From Myxococcota bacterium (lineage in GTDB: Bacteria; Myxococcota_A; UBA796; CAJQPC01): DNA of 64,000 bases. Under the pieces are notes generated by a model, which did no database searches, had not been told where the DNA came from, and worked only from the letters and a program-made list of their open reading frames with translations. Both the position numbers and the translations under genes were made by a program. Shown here in pieces: positions 42,203 through 52,402 of this stretch (position 1 is the stretch's first letter; every line of letters starts with the position of its first letter). The stretch covers positions 27,179 to 91,178 of the forward strand of contig JAZAMN010000014.1 in assembly GCA_036229005.1 (NCBI GenBank), given 5' to 3'.

Positions 42203-42375
42203 TTCTCCGAAGCAAGTGTTCCGACACTCTTCGCGTGCCGGAACCCATGCTCCAGAGAACTATTGTCTTCTCCGGGGGACACCCCCGGAAATGCGCCTTG
42301 CGGCGCAGCCCCCGCGGGCCCACCCGGGCCCGTGTTCTGCCGGACGGGCCTGTTCGGGGCTCTTGCCCGGCAGAA

Positions 42376-43389
42376 CTAGCAGGCTGCTCGGGGGGCGCCT
42401 GAGACCGCCTCAGCGCAGCGCAGCGCGGCCGCCAGTGTGTCCTCGACGGTGGGGCCGATGTCGTGGTGTGCGAGGAGCAGGAGGTGGTCGTGGTGTACCT
42501 CACTGCCGGGTACACCATGGGCCACCTCCATCACCGCCTCCAGAACCTCAGGACGCTGCAGCAAGGCGAGGACACGCTGGGGATGTCGGGTGTGGACCGC
42601 GAGCAGGCTGTCGGCGATGGGGTGGTTGATGGGCGTGGCGCCGGGCGGCGCGTGCTCCCGATGGCGGATCGTGAAGGGGGCCTGAACGCTGGGGTAGTCG
42701 ACCCGGATCCGGCTGCTGCGGCGATCCCCGCGCTGGCTCAGGGTGAGCTCGAACGCGCAGTCGCCCTGGCTCCCCGTGATGCGCCGGATGGGGGAGGTGT
42801 CGCTGACCTGGAGGGGCCAGCCGCGGCGCTCGGCGAGCTGGTGCCAGCCGGGGGCGCCAGCGCGCTCGAGCTGCAGGGCGAGCTGGATCAGGGCTCGGGC
42901 GGCCTCGGTGATGTGCTGGGGGGCCATGTCCCACTCGCGGCGCCAGCTCCCCACCAGGTAGCCCAGGCTGAGGGTGTCTCCGTCCGGGAGGCGGAAGCCG
43001 GTGAGGGTCTGCGGCAAGCTGCGCTTGACGCTCAGCGGGGCGCCCAGGGCGTCGGTGAGGGGCAGGGGCTGGGTGAGCAGGAGCTCGCAGTGGGCGCGGT
43101 CGATGGCCTGCAGCTCCAGGCTCAGGCGCAGGGGCCAGGGGCCCAGTCGGCCCTCGAGGGTCAGGCTCGGGCCGTCGCGGGTGACGCTCAGGCCGTGGGT
43201 CTCCGCGAGTGCTCTCAGGCCGCGCTCCTGGCGCTCCAGGACGGCCAGGGACTGGGGGCTCTGGAGCAGAGCCCGCGGCTGGGAGAGCGCGAAGGAGCGG
43301 TACAGGGAGAAGGCGCCCCAGGCGAGCAGGGCGCCGCCTGAAGTCAGCGCGAGGGCCACGCCGGTCCCGATGGCGAGGGGTGGGCTCAT
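42376..43389 (-). CDS. membrane-anchored hypothetical protein (paralog pair, copy 2)
   Basis: 337 aa with an N-terminal TM helix. Shares LAER.GWPL, HPIADSLL and HG.PGSEV with the upstream gene. Confidence 0.55.
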   Translation of the reverse strand: MSPPLAIGTGVALALTSGGALLAWGAFSLYRSFALSQPRALLQSPQSLAVLERQERGLRALAETHGLSVTRDGPSLTLEGRLGPWPLRLSLELQAIDRAHCELLLTQPLPLTDALGAPLSVKRSLPQTLTGFRLPDGDTLSLGYLVGSWRREWDMAPQHITEAARALIQLALQLERAGAPGWHQLAERRGWPLQVSDTSPIRRITGSQGDCAFELTLSQRGDRRSSRIRVDYPSVQAPFTIRHREHAPPGATPINHPIADSLLAVHTRHPQRVLALLQRPEVLEAVMEVAHGVPGSEVHHDHLLLLAHHDIGPTVEDTLAAALRCAEAVSGAPRAAC

Positions 43390-44429
43390 GCTGGGGCTTG
43401 TAGTACCTGGGCGGCGTCGACGGCCAGCTCCAGGGCATCGCGCAGGCCCTCGCCGAGGTCTCCGGGGGCTACGAGCACGATGCGGTCCTGCCGCACCTCG
43501 CTCCCGGGGTAGCCGTGCACGATGGCCATCAGGCGCTCAAAGGCCAGGGGGTGGGCCAGCAAGGCGCGGAGGGCTTCGGGCTCCTCTGCCCGACCCCAGA
43601 GGAGGGAGTCGGCGATGGGGTGGGCAAAGCGCACGGATGCACCACGCCCCCGCTCGCGGTGGAGGAGCTGGAAGGGGGGCTGGCCGGTGTCGACGAGGCA
43701 CATCAGGCGCGTGCGGAGCTTGCCCTGGACGCGCTCGATGGAGAGCTGCACGGCCCGGCCCTGATGCAGCGCGGAGATGCGCGGGAGGCCGTCGTGGTTC
43801 AGGGTCAGGGGCCAGCCCTCGCGCTCGGCCAGCGCGTACCACTGCGGGTGCAGTGACTTGTGGGCGGCCGTGAGCCAGGCCAGCAGCTCCGGCCAGAGGG
43901 TCTGGTGCTGGGAGGGGGCGCAGGACAGGACGATGCGGCCGCGCAGGTCGGTCTCGGGGCCCTTGCAGCAGCCCTTGAGGTCGGGGCCCGCCTGCTCCCA
44001 GAGGGCGGCCAGAGTCTGCTTGCCCAGGTCGGGGAGGCTGTATCGGAGGCGGATGGTCCCCGGGCGCTCGTAGCCCAGGGATTGGGGGGGCGGCTGACAC
44101 ACATTGACCTGCAGCGGCGCGCCGCGGAGCTTGCCCTCCAGCACGTGGTGGCTGCCGTCGTAGCTGTGTCGCAGGCCCAGTTCGGCCGCGCGGGGCTTCC
44201 AGGGGGTGTCGGCGAGATCGCGCTGGAAGGCCTCGTGCTCGGCCTGGATGCTCTCCCAGGTCGGCTGGCCCGGGCGGGGCGGAGCGTCCTGCTGCCTGCT
44301 CGCGGCGTAGGCGATCAGAGCCATGTTGACGATGCCACTCAGCAAGAAGGCCAGGGCGCTCAGATCGGCTTCCACCCCAGCAAAGTAGCCACCCCGGGCG
44401 CGTCGTCCAGGGGCACTCCGGGTAGTCAT
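43386..44429 (-). CDS. membrane-anchored hypothetical protein (paralog pair, copy 1)
   Basis: 347 aa with TM helix LSALAFLLSGIVNMALIAYAA. ATGA overlap with copy 2. Confidence 0.55.
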   Translation of the reverse strand: MTTRSAPGRRARGGYFAGVEADLSALAFLLSGIVNMALIAYAASRQQDAPPRPGQPTWESIQAEHEAFQRDLADTPWKPRAAELGLRHSYDGSHHVLEGKLRGAPLQVNVCQPPPQSLGYERPGTIRLRYSLPDLGKQTLAALWEQAGPDLKGCCKGPETDLRGRIVLSCAPSQHQTLWPELLAWLTAAHKSLHPQWYALAEREGWPLTLNHDGLPRISALHQGRAVQLSIERVQGKLRTRLMCLVDTGQPPFQLLHRERGRGASVRFAHPIADSLLWGRAEEPEALRALLAHPLAFERLMAIVHGYPGSEVRQDRIVLVAPGDLGEGLRDALELAVDAAQVLQAPA

Positions 44430-44458
44430 CCGGCCCCCCCCAGGCTACCGGGGCGGCC

Positions 44459-46828
44459 ATGCGTCTGGTCATCACCGAGAAGCCCTCCGTCGCCCGCGAT
44501 CTGGCCAAGGTCCTGGGGGTCGGGGGCAAGGCCCAGGGCCACCTGCGCGGTCAGGGCATGGCGATCGCGTGGTGTTTCGGGCACATGGCCGAGCTGGTCG
44601 ACCCGGCGACCTACAACCCGGAGTGGAAGCGCTGGGACCCCGAGCGGCTGCCGATGCTGCCCGAGCAGTTCCAGATCCAGGCGCGCCAGGGGGCCGAGGA
44701 GCAGGTCGCAGTGCTCAAGCGTCTGCTGGCCGATCCCGAGTGCACCGAGGTCATCAACGCCTGCGATGCGGGGCGCGAGGGCGAGCTGATCTTCCGCTAC
44801 GTGATGCAGCTCGCTGCGTGCGACAAGCCGGTTCAGCGCCTGTGGGTGAGCTCGATGACCGACAAGGCCATCAAGGCCGCCTGGGCCAAGCTGCGGCCGG
44901 GGCCGGACTTCGATCCCCTGGCCGACGCCGCGCGCTGCCGGGCCGAGGCCGACTGGCTGGTGGGGCTGAACGCGACCCGGGCGATGACCTGCCTTGTGCG
45001 ACAGGCCGGCGGGGGCCAGCTCCTCTCCATCGGGCGCGTGCAGACGCCCACCCTGGCGATGATCGTCGAGCGGGACCGGGCCATCGCGGAGTTCGTGCCC
45101 GAGGACTTCTGGACCGTGAAGGCCCAGATCCAGGGGCAGGGGGAGGAGGCCGAGGGGCTGCGATTCCCTGCGGACTGGTTTGATCACCTCGCTGGCACCG
45201 AGAAGTCCGAAAAGGGCAAGAAGGATCCGGGTGATGACGAGGTGGACAAGGGTCCCTCGAACGACACCCGCCTCTCCTCCCCTGAGCAGGCTGAGCAGGT
45301 CGTGCAGGCTGCCGTGGGAAGACCGGGCAAGGTGCTCTCGGCCAGCCGGCGCAAGAAGGTGGAGCCGCCGCCGCTGCTTTATGACCTGACGGCGCTGCAG
45401 CGTAGGGCGAACCAGCGCTATGGGCTCAGCGCGCAGAAGACCCTGGAGATCGCGCAGGCGCTCTACGAGCGGCACAAGCTGATCACCTACCCGCGTACGG
45501 ACGCGCGCTACCTGACGCCGGACCAGGCGGGGGAGCTGCCCGGGATCCTGCAGGCGCTGAGCGGGCTCTCGGTGTACGCGCCCTTTGCCCAGGGCATCCT
45601 GAACGCGGGGCCCATCCAGCCGGGCAAGCGGGTGATCAACGCGGCCGAGGTCGGCGACCACCACGCCATCCTGCCCACCGACCGGCAGCCCAACGCGGGG
45701 GCGCTCAACCCGGACGAGAAGCGCATCTACGACCTGGTCGCCCGGAGGCTGATGGCGGTGCTGTCGCCGGATGCGCACTTTGCTCTGGCCAAGCTGGTGG
45801 TCGTGGTCGACCCAGACCCAGAGGCGCCGCTGCCCGAGCACGTCAAGGCGCCGCTGCACTTCCGGGCCAAGGGGCGAATGCGGACGCAGGCGGGCTGGCA
45901 GGCCGTGGATCCCCCCAAGAAGCGCAAGGACACCGAGCTGCCCGTGCTGGCGGTCGAGGACCCCATCCACTGCGCCGAGGCCGAGGCCAAGAAGGGCCAG
46001 ACGCGGCCGCCGCAGCCCCACAACGACGCCTCGATCCTCAAGGGTATGGAGACCGCGGGGCGGGACCTGGACGACGCGGCGCTCAAGCGGGTGATGCGCC
46101 AGTCTGGGCTTGGGACGCCGGCCACCCGGGCGAGCATCCTGGGCACCCTGGAGCGGCGCGGCTTTGTGCTGCGGGACGGCAAGCACCTGCGCAGCACGGA
46201 GCGCGGTCAGAACCTGATCAAGGCCGTCCCCATCGAGGAGCTCAAGTCCGCGGAGCTCACCGGACGCTGGGAGGCCAGGCTCTCCCAGGTGGCCGAGGGG
46301 AAGGAGCAGCGGGACCGCTTCATGGCTGACGTGCGCAACCGCACCGGCGAGATCGTGCAGGCCATCCTGGAGGCGGATCCGCCCGCAGCCGAGGACATCG
46401 AGGACGACCGGCCCATCCTGGGGACCTGCCCGATCTGCGAGACCCCGGTGCGGGAGGGCAAGGGGGCCTACTCCTGCGCCAAGGGCCGGGCCTGCAGCTT
46501 CGTGATCTTCAAGAAGGTGGCCAAGCGGCCGGTGTCCAAGCGCATGGTCGCGACCCTGCTCAAGGGGGAGAAGACCAAGGTGCTCAAGGGCTTCAAGTCC
46601 AAGAAGGGCAAGGACTTCGAGGCCGCACTCATGCTGGATCCGGAGGGCAAGGTGCGCTTTGACTTCCCGCCGCGGCAGGCTCCGGACCCGGCAACTGCGA
46701 AGGACCCCGCGGGCATGCGCTGCCCCAACTGCGGGAACGGCCGCATCATCCGGGGGCGCGCGGGCTGGGGCTGTGACCGCTGGCGCGAGGGCTGCGGGTG
46801 GAGGAGGATGGACGCCGACTCCAAGTGA
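44459..46828 (+). CDS. topB: DNA topoisomerase III
   Basis: 789 aa. Toprim MRLVITEKPS...DAGREGELIF. Catalytic region LITYPRTDARYL. C-terminal Cys4 zinc ribbons (CPICE...C..C; CPNCGNG...CDRWREGC). Confidence 0.9.
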   Translation: MRLVITEKPSVARDLAKVLGVGGKAQGHLRGQGMAIAWCFGHMAELVDPATYNPEWKRWDPERLPMLPEQFQIQARQGAEEQVAVLKRLLADPECTEVINACDAGREGELIFRYVMQLAACDKPVQRLWVSSMTDKAIKAAWAKLRPGPDFDPLADAARCRAEADWLVGLNATRAMTCLVRQAGGGQLLSIGRVQTPTLAMIVERDRAIAEFVPEDFWTVKAQIQGQGEEAEGLRFPADWFDHLAGTEKSEKGKKDPGDDEVDKGPSNDTRLSSPEQAEQVVQAAVGRPGKVLSASRRKKVEPPPLLYDLTALQRRANQRYGLSAQKTLEIAQALYERHKLITYPRTDARYLTPDQAGELPGILQALSGLSVYAPFAQGILNAGPIQPGKRVINAAEVGDHHAILPTDRQPNAGALNPDEKRIYDLVARRLMAVLSPDAHFALAKLVVVVDPDPEAPLPEHVKAPLHFRAKGRMRTQAGWQAVDPPKKRKDTELPVLAVEDPIHCAEAEAKKGQTRPPQPHNDASILKGMETAGRDLDDAALKRVMRQSGLGTPATRASILGTLERRGFVLRDGKHLRSTERGQNLIKAVPIEELKSAELTGRWEARLSQVAEGKEQRDRFMADVRNRTGEIVQAILEADPPAAEDIEDDRPILGTCPICETPVREGKGAYSCAKGRACSFVIFKKVAKRPVSKRMVATLLKGEKTKVLKGFKSKKGKDFEAALMLDPEGKVRFDFPPRQAPDPATAKDPAGMRCPNCGNGRIIRGRAGWGCDRWREGCGWRRMDADSK

Positions 46829-46839
46829 GGGAGGCTCCC

Positions 46840-47136
46840 GTGTGTAGAAACATCAAGCGCCTGTACAACCTGGATCCCTGCGCCACCCGAGACGAGGTGC
46901 GGGAGAGCGCGCTGCAGTACGTGCGCAAGATCAGCGGGATGCGCACGCCGTCGCAGGCCAACCAAGAGGCCTTTGACCAGGCGGTGGAGGCCATCACAGA
47001 GATCGGCTGGCGCCTGCTGGACCAGGACCTGGAGACCCGCGCCGCCCCGCGAGACCGGGCCTTGGAGGCGGAAGCGGCGCGCAAGCGGGGGCAGCGGAGG
47101 GAGGCCCGGATGCGGGCGGAGCTGGCGGGCGACTGA
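46840..47136 (+). CDS. DUF2277-like small protein
   Basis: GTG at 46840 follows [42 protein letters not shown] matches my recollection of the DUF2277 N-terminus. Confidence 0.6.
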   Translation: MCRNIKRLYNLDPCATRDEVRESALQYVRKISGMRTPSQANQEAFDQAVEAITEIGWRLLDQDLETRAAPRDRALEAEAARKRGQRREARMRAELAGD

Positions 47137-47195
47137 AGGGCGTTGGCGAGGGGTGGGCTCGGGCGCTATCATCGGCGGGCTTGGCACCGAGGCCC

Positions 47196-47212
47196 CCGGA
47201 GACGCTCTCCGG
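47196..47212 (+). terminator. hairpin CCGGAGA-cgc-TCTCCGG followed by a T-containing tract
   Basis: 7-bp perfect stem read directly. Followed by cgcgggccTTCTCGTGTTT. Confidence 0.25.
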
Positions 47213-47249
47213 CGCGGGCCTTCTCGTGTTTGCCCCTTCGAGGTTCCCC

Positions 47250-50200
47250 ATGCGCCGCCGTTCCACCCTCCTGCTGCCCTCCCTGCTCCTTGGTCTCTGC
47301 GCGATGCCCCGCGCCGCGAACGCCAGCGGGGTGATGTACAGCTCCAGCGGCTTCTGGTACGTGGACCACGGCGACTGCGGCACCTGGGCCAACCCGGACA
47401 CCGGCTACGGCTGGATGACCTACGACCCCTACGCCTACAGCACCTCGCCGGCGAGTGGCTGGGTGGACACGACCTACGCGGATCAGCAGTGGGTGCAGGT
47501 CACGCTGGAGTACGACCAGGGCGGCACCTCCTACTTCTGGGAGGCCAACGACGCCGACGGCGTGTGCGACTGGACGGTGGAGTACGAGGGCTACGGGGGC
47601 GCCGACGCGCTGCACATCTTCTCGGTCGGGGACCTGGAGATCACGCGCTACACCTACACCAACGTCACGGTGCAGCGCAGCAGCGGCAGCACGGCCATCG
47701 ACTATGCCGCCGCCACTCGCGTGTGGTTCGAGGTCTACAACACCGGCAGCACCGACATCGCCAACTTCCGGATGATGAACGCGCTGAACCCCGAGGTCGA
47801 CTACGACACCTACGGGCTGAACACCTCGGCCAACGACGTCGAGAACCTGGACACCAGCGACAGCTACGACGACTGGGCGGGGTCCGAGGGCAGCTCGGGC
47901 GTGACCATCGGCTTCTCCCCCTGCGACGCCAGCGTGGGCGACCTGGGCTTCGCGTCCAACGACACCGACGCAGACGTGGCCCTGAGCGATCCGGGCGGCA
48001 GCAGCGCGGACAGCTCCCTGCACTACACCAGCGAGACGGTGGACATCGCGGCGGGGCAGGCCTTCTCCTTTGGCTTCTACGTGGGCGTGGGCTCCGAGGA
48101 GTCGGTCACCTCGCAGTACACCATCCTGGCGGCCACTGGCGGGACCTCGGCCGGCAACACCTGCACCGACTGCGACGACGACGGCGACGAGTTCACCGAC
48201 GACTACGAGTGCTGGGGCAACGACTGCGACGACACCGACGCCACCATCCACCCCGGCGCCACGGAGATCTGGTACGACGGCGTGGACCAGAACTGCGACG
48301 ATGAGAGCGACTACGACGCGGACGGCGACGGCTTCGACTCCGATAGCTACGGCGGCACCGACTGCGACGACAGCGACAGCGCGGTCAACCTGACGGCCAC
48401 GGAGATCTGGTACGACGGCGTGGACCAGGACTGCGATGGGGCCAGCGACTACGACGCGGACGGGGACGGCGAGGACAGCGACGCCTACGGCGGCACCGAC
48501 TGCGACGACACCCTGAGCTACGTGAACAGCGCGGCCTCTGAGACCTGGTACGACGGCGTGGACCAGGACTGCGACGGGGCCAGCGACTACGACGCGGACG
48601 GGGACGGCGAGGACAGCGACGCCTACGGCGGCAGCGACTGTGACGACACCGACGCCACCGTGAACAGCTCCGGGACCGAGATCGACGCCAACGGCATCGA
48701 CGAGGACTGTGACGGCTATGACGGGGGCGTGGACACTGACGGCGATGGTCTGGACGACGACGACGAGGTCAACGTCCACGGCACCGACCCGGACAGCGCG
48801 GACACCGACGGCGACGGCCTGAGCGACGGGGACGAGGTCAACACCCACGGCACCGACCCCCTGGATGAAGACACCGATGGCGAGGGCCTGACGGATGGCG
48901 AGGAGGTCAACACCCACGGCACCGACCCCCTGGACCGGAACTCCGACGACGACGGGCTGAGCGACTACCGCGAGGTCACCGAGACCGGGACCGACCCGAA
49001 CGACGCGGACAGCGACGACGACGGGCTCACCGACGGCGAGGAGGTCAAGACCCATGGGACCGACCCCAACGACGCGGACACCGACAGCGACGGCCTGGAC
49101 GACGGGGAGGAGGTCGACACCTACGACACCGACCCCCTGGACAGCGACAGCGACGACGACGGCCTGAGCGACGGGGACGAGGTCAACACCCACGGCAGCG
49201 ACCCCAATGACCCCGACACCGACGACGACGGGCTGGGCGACGGCACCGAGGTCAACGACGTGGGCACGGACCCCACCGACGCGGACACCGACGACGACGG
49301 CTGCAGCGACTACGACGAATACGTATTGCACGGCAGCGACCCCACGGTGGCCGACACCGACGGGGACGGTCTGGACGACTGCGAGGAGATCGAGCTGGGG
49401 ACCGATCCCACCCGCGCGGACAGCGACGGCGACGGCCTGGACGATGGGGAGGAGGTCGACACCCACGGCAGCGACCCCACGGACAGCGACAGCGACGACG
49501 ACGGCCTGGACGACGGCCGCGAGGTGGAGACCGGCACCGACTGCAACGACGCCGATAGCGACGACGACGGCCTCTCCGACAGCGAAGAGGTGGACTCGCT
49601 GGGCACCGATCCCAGCGATGCGGACAGCGACGACGACGGCATCGAGGATGGGGACGAGTGTGACGTCCACGGCAGCGACCCCCTCGACCGAGACAGCGAC
49701 GACGACGGCCTGAGCGACGGCGACGAGGTCTACAACGGCACCGATCCCATCGACGACGACAGCGACGACGACGGGGTCTCGGACGCGGACGACGCGGACC
49801 CCACCGTGTGCGACATCGAGCCGGGTGAGGTCGACACGGACGGCGACGGCCTGAGCGACGTGGAGGAGGACGCGCTGGGCACCGATCCCAACGACGCGGA
49901 CACCGACGGCGACGGCCTGAGCGACGGGGACGAGGTCAACACCCACGGCACCGATCCCTACGACGCCGACAGCGACGACGACGGCCTGGACGACCGCGAG
50001 GAGACCGAGGACCACGGCACCGACCCTCTGGACAACGACAGCGACGGGGACCGCCTGACGGATGCGGAGGAGGTGGACTCCTACGGGACCGACCCCAACG
50101 ACGCGGACACGGACGGGGATGGGCTGAGTGATGGCTCGGAGGTCGACACCTACAACTGCGACCCCACCGATCCGGACAGCGACGGGGATGGGCTTGAGGA

Positions 50201-51284
50201 TGGCGTCGAGGCCACCTCGACCGACACGGATCCTGCCGACTCGGACACCGATGACGACGGCCTGAGCGACGGCGAGGAGGTCAACGAGACCGGCTCTGAC
50301 CCCAAGGATCCCGACTCGGACAACGGCGGAGTGGGTGACGGCGCGGAGCACGAGGCGGGCACCGACCTGGGCGACTGTCTGGACGACTCTCCGGTCGCAG
50401 ACAGCGATGGCGACGGCCTCAGCGACGATGACGAGGCCGCCTGGGGCAGCGATCCCGGCGTCGCGGACAGCGACGGCGACGGCCTGAGCGATGGGGAGGA
50501 GGTCGCTCTGGGCACCGACCCCACCGACACCGACTCGGACGACGACGGCCTGGATGACCGCGAGGAGGTCGAGGACCTGGGCACCGATCCCACCGACGCG
50601 GACTCCGACAACGACGCGCTCAGCGACGGCGAGGAGGTCAACGACCACGGCACCGATCCCCTGGTCGAGGACAGCGATGGCGACGGCCTGGGCGACGGCT
50701 CCGAGGTCGACACCTGGGAGACCGACCCCCTGGACGCTGACAGCGACGACGACGGCCTGGACGACGGGACCGAGTGCCAGGGCACCGACACCGACCCCAA
50801 CGACTGGGACACCGATGACGGCGGCCGCAGCGACGGCGACGAGCTGAACACCGATGGCACGGACCCCTTGGATGGGGACGACGACCTGATGGACAGCGAC
50901 GGGGATGGCCTCACCGACTACGCCGAGGAGAACGTCCACGGCACGGACCCGCTGGATGACGACACCGACGACGACGGCCTGCAGGACGGCGAGGAGGTCC
51001 TGGAGACCGGCACCGACCCCCTGGACCCGGACACCGATGAGGGCGGCGTCAACGACGGCGACGAGTGGGAGCGCGGCACCGACCCCTTCGACCCCAGCGA
51101 CGACTTCCCCGCGGACACCGGAGACAGCGGCGGCGAGCTCGAGGACAGCGGCCTGGACGGCTACGAGTGGAAGGGCGGCGGCGGCTGCGGCTGCAGCACG
51201 GCCCCCGAGTCCAAGGACCTGCCTGGGATCGCGGGTGTTGTTGGGTTGTTGGCTGGGTTGATGTTGGTGAGGCGGCGGCGCTAG
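47250..51284 (+). CDS. giant secreted Asp-rich repeat protein (thrombospondin type-3-like Ca-binding repeats) with MYXO-CTERM-like sorting tail
   Basis: Internal ATG 47250 gives signal peptide [25 protein letters not shown]. Four Cys-containing [11 protein letters not shown] units, then dozens of D.D.DGL.DGEEV..HGTDP units. The tail reads [13 protein letters not shown]...[18 protein letters not shown]. Confidence 0.85.
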   Translation: MRRRSTLLLPSLLLGLCAMPRAANASGVMYSSSGFWYVDHGDCGTWANPDTGYGWMTYDPYAYSTSPASGWVDTTYADQQWVQVTLEYDQGGTSYFWEANDADGVCDWTVEYEGYGGADALHIFSVGDLEITRYTYTNVTVQRSSGSTAIDYAAATRVWFEVYNTGSTDIANFRMMNALNPEVDYDTYGLNTSANDVENLDTSDSYDDWAGSEGSSGVTIGFSPCDASVGDLGFASNDTDADVALSDPGGSSADSSLHYTSETVDIAAGQAFSFGFYVGVGSEESVTSQYTILAATGGTSAGNTCTDCDDDGDEFTDDYECWGNDCDDTDATIHPGATEIWYDGVDQNCDDESDYDADGDGFDSDSYGGTDCDDSDSAVNLTATEIWYDGVDQDCDGASDYDADGDGEDSDAYGGTDCDDTLSYVNSAASETWYDGVDQDCDGASDYDADGDGEDSDAYGGSDCDDTDATVNSSGTEIDANGIDEDCDGYDGGVDTDGDGLDDDDEVNVHGTDPDSADTDGDGLSDGDEVNTHGTDPLDEDTDGEGLTDGEEVNTHGTDPLDRNSDDDGLSDYREVTETGTDPNDADSDDDGLTDGEEVKTHGTDPNDADTDSDGLDDGEEVDTYDTDPLDSDSDDDGLSDGDEVNTHGSDPNDPDTDDDGLGDGTEVNDVGTDPTDADTDDDGCSDYDEYVLHGSDPTVADTDGDGLDDCEEIELGTDPTRADSDGDGLDDGEEVDTHGSDPTDSDSDDDGLDDGREVETGTDCNDADSDDDGLSDSEEVDSLGTDPSDADSDDDGIEDGDECDVHGSDPLDRDSDDDGLSDGDEVYNGTDPIDDDSDDDGVSDADDADPTVCDIEPGEVDTDGDGLSDVEEDALGTDPNDADTDGDGLSDGDEVNTHGTDPYDADSDDDGLDDREETEDHGTDPLDNDSDGDRLTDAEEVDSYGTDPNDADTDGDGLSDGSEVDTYNCDPTDPDSDGDGLEDGVEATSTDTDPADSDTDDDGLSDGEEVNETGSDPKDPDSDNGGVGDGAEHEAGTDLGDCLDDSPVADSDGDGLSDDDEAAWGSDPGVADSDGDGLSDGEEVALGTDPTDTDSDDDGLDDREEVEDLGTDPTDADSDNDALSDGEEVNDHGTDPLVEDSDGDGLGDGSEVDTWETDPLDADSDDDGLDDGTECQGTDTDPNDWDTDDGGRSDGDELNTDGTDPLDGDDDLMDSDGDGLTDYAEENVHGTDPLDDDTDDDGLQDGEEVLETGTDPLDPDTDEGGVNDGDEWERGTDPFDPSDDFPADTGDSGGELEDSGLDGYEWKGGGGCGCSTAPESKDLPGIAGVVGLLAGLMLVRRRR
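48162..48716 (+). repeat. four ~46-aa Cys/Asp units ([27 protein letters not shown])
   Basis: Read from the translation. Two DNA copies (48408-48510 and 48546-48648) differ at 3 of 103 positions. Confidence 0.8.
48720..51100 (+). repeat. array of ~50 degenerate thrombospondin-type-3-like Asp repeats (coding)
   Basis: Recurrent D(S/T)D(D/G)DGL(S/D)DG(E/D)EV.THGTDP in the translation. Boundaries are approximate. Confidence 0.75.
51174..51281 (+). other. MYXO-CTERM-like C-terminal sorting signal
   Basis: GGGGCGC motif, spacer, hydrophobic helix, RRRR, then stop. Confidence 0.6.
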
Positions 51285-51313
51285 TCGCTTGCTCGGGCGG
51301 GGCTTGGGGGGGC

Positions 51314-51838
51314 TCGGGTATCAGGTCTCAGGTGTCGGGTGTCAGTTGTCAGTCAGGAACGCCGGGTTTCGGTTGTCTCGGCGACCGGCGACCGGCGACC
51401 GGGAACCGGCATGACGCCGAGGTATTCTCGGGGCCAGGTGCCGTTGGCGGGCCAGGAGTTGTGGCCGACGGCTCACCAGCGCCGTCGCTGGTCTCGGGCA
51501 TCAGGTCTCAGGTGTCGGGTATCGGGTGTCTGTAGTCGTCCAGGAACGCCGGGTTTCGGTTGTCTCGGCGACCGGCGACCGGCGACCGGGAACCGGCATG
51601 ACGCCGAGGCGTTCATGGGGCCAGGTGCCGTTGGCGAGCCAGGAGTTGTGGCCGACCACCAGCGCTATCGCTGGTTTCGGGTATCAGGTCTCAGGTGTCG
51701 GGTGTCATTTATCGGCCAGGAACGCCGTATTTCACTCGCCTCGGCGACTGGCGACCGGCGACCGGGAACCGGCATGACGCCGAGGTGTTCATGGGGCCAG
51801 GTGCCGTCGGCGAGCCAGGAATCGTTGGCTGCACGCGG
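51314..51838. repeat. three tandem copies (periods 180 and 183 bp) of a non-coding unit built from heptamer runs
   Basis: Units start at 51314, 51494 and 51677 (TCGGG[T/C]ATCAGGTCTCAGGTGTCGGGT...). Each holds a TCAGGTN-like x5 run, CAGGAACGCCGGGTTTCGG, GGCGACC x3, GGGAACCGGCATGACGCCGAGG and GGCCAGGTGCCGTTGGCG. Units 1 and 2 end in the hairpin ACCAGCG-N4-CGCTGGT. Confidence 0.85.
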
Positions 51839-51894
51839 TGCCGGTGCTCCCCCCGCCCCCAAGTCGGCTGCCCCAAAGGTCTCTCCCCGGCACC

Positions 51895-51967
51895 GCCGCC
51901 ATCGCCGGTCCCCGGTCCCCGGTCGCCGCCCCCCCAAACGCCCTGATACCTGATACCTGATACCTGA
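51895..51967. repeat. inverted, degenerate partial copy of the tandem unit
   Basis: CCGGTCCCCGGTCCCCGGTCGCCG is the reverse complement of a GGCGACC/GGGGACC run. CTGATACCTGATACCTGATACCTGA is the reverse complement of TCAGGTA x3. Confidence 0.7.
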
Positions 51968-51973
51968 ACCCCC

Positions 51974-52360
51974 TCAATACCGAGCCAGATACCGCCTCTC
52001 CATCGACCACGCCTCAATGTCCGCGTCCTCGCCGACCCCTCCCGGCTCGCCATCTCTCCCGTAGGACCAGAGGTCGTAGGGCCCGTGCTCGCCGGGCATC
52101 CGGTAGCGGAAGGGCCGACGCCAGTAGTCCTTCGGGACCGCTCCGGAGTCGAAGTAGGGCCGCAGCCCGTCCAGGGTCTGGGGGTAGCGCCCGTGCTGGG
52201 CGTGGAAGTCCTCCAGCGCCTGCTCGATGGCCGAGATCTGGAGCTCCGTGGCGATGGCGTGCTGCTCTCCCCGGACCAGCGCGGCGTCCTCGTCGACCAG
52301 CGCGGCGGCGCCCACTCCGAGGGCGGCGCCCAGTCCCAGGAATGTCCAGAGCTGCTTCAT
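51974..52360 (-). CDS. GspG-like (type II secretion pseudopilin G domain) protein lacking the prepilin leader motif
   Basis: 128 aa. ALEDFHAQHGRYPQTLDGL...DYWRRPFRYRMPGEHGPYDLWSYGRDGEPGGVGEDADIEAWS matches the T2SS-G C-terminal domain pattern. The N-terminus MKQLWTFLGLGAALGVGAAALV has no G/FTLIE cleavage motif. Confidence 0.65.
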   Translation of the reverse strand: MKQLWTFLGLGAALGVGAAALVDEDAALVRGEQHAIATELQISAIEQALEDFHAQHGRYPQTLDGLRPYFDSGAVPKDYWRRPFRYRMPGEHGPYDLWSYGRDGEPGGVGEDADIEAWSMERRYLARY

Positions 52361-52402
52361 GCACTCAGGATGCCCGGCCCCGACCAGGGTCGCTGAGCTT
52401 TG

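Noticed and set aside
42272-42375. Hairpins CCGGGGG-aca-CCCCCGG (42272-42288) and TTCTGCCGG-N23-CCGGCAGAA (42335-42375) as intrinsic terminators between convergent genes.
   Set aside because: The stems are real, but neither is followed by a U-tract on the relevant strand. GC-rich DNA yields many such stems by chance, so they are not listed as features.
51339-51953. 204-aa ORF (and other small ORFs) spanning the tandem-repeat region as a repeat protein.
   Set aside because: Successive DNA repeat units are read in different frames within the same ORF. The product is Arg/Gly/Pro-rich with weak third-position GC bias. The openness is explained by GC richness.
51314-51967. CRISPR array.
   Set aside because: The repeats are ~180 bp and directly abutting with no unique spacers. 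No cas genes are in the window.
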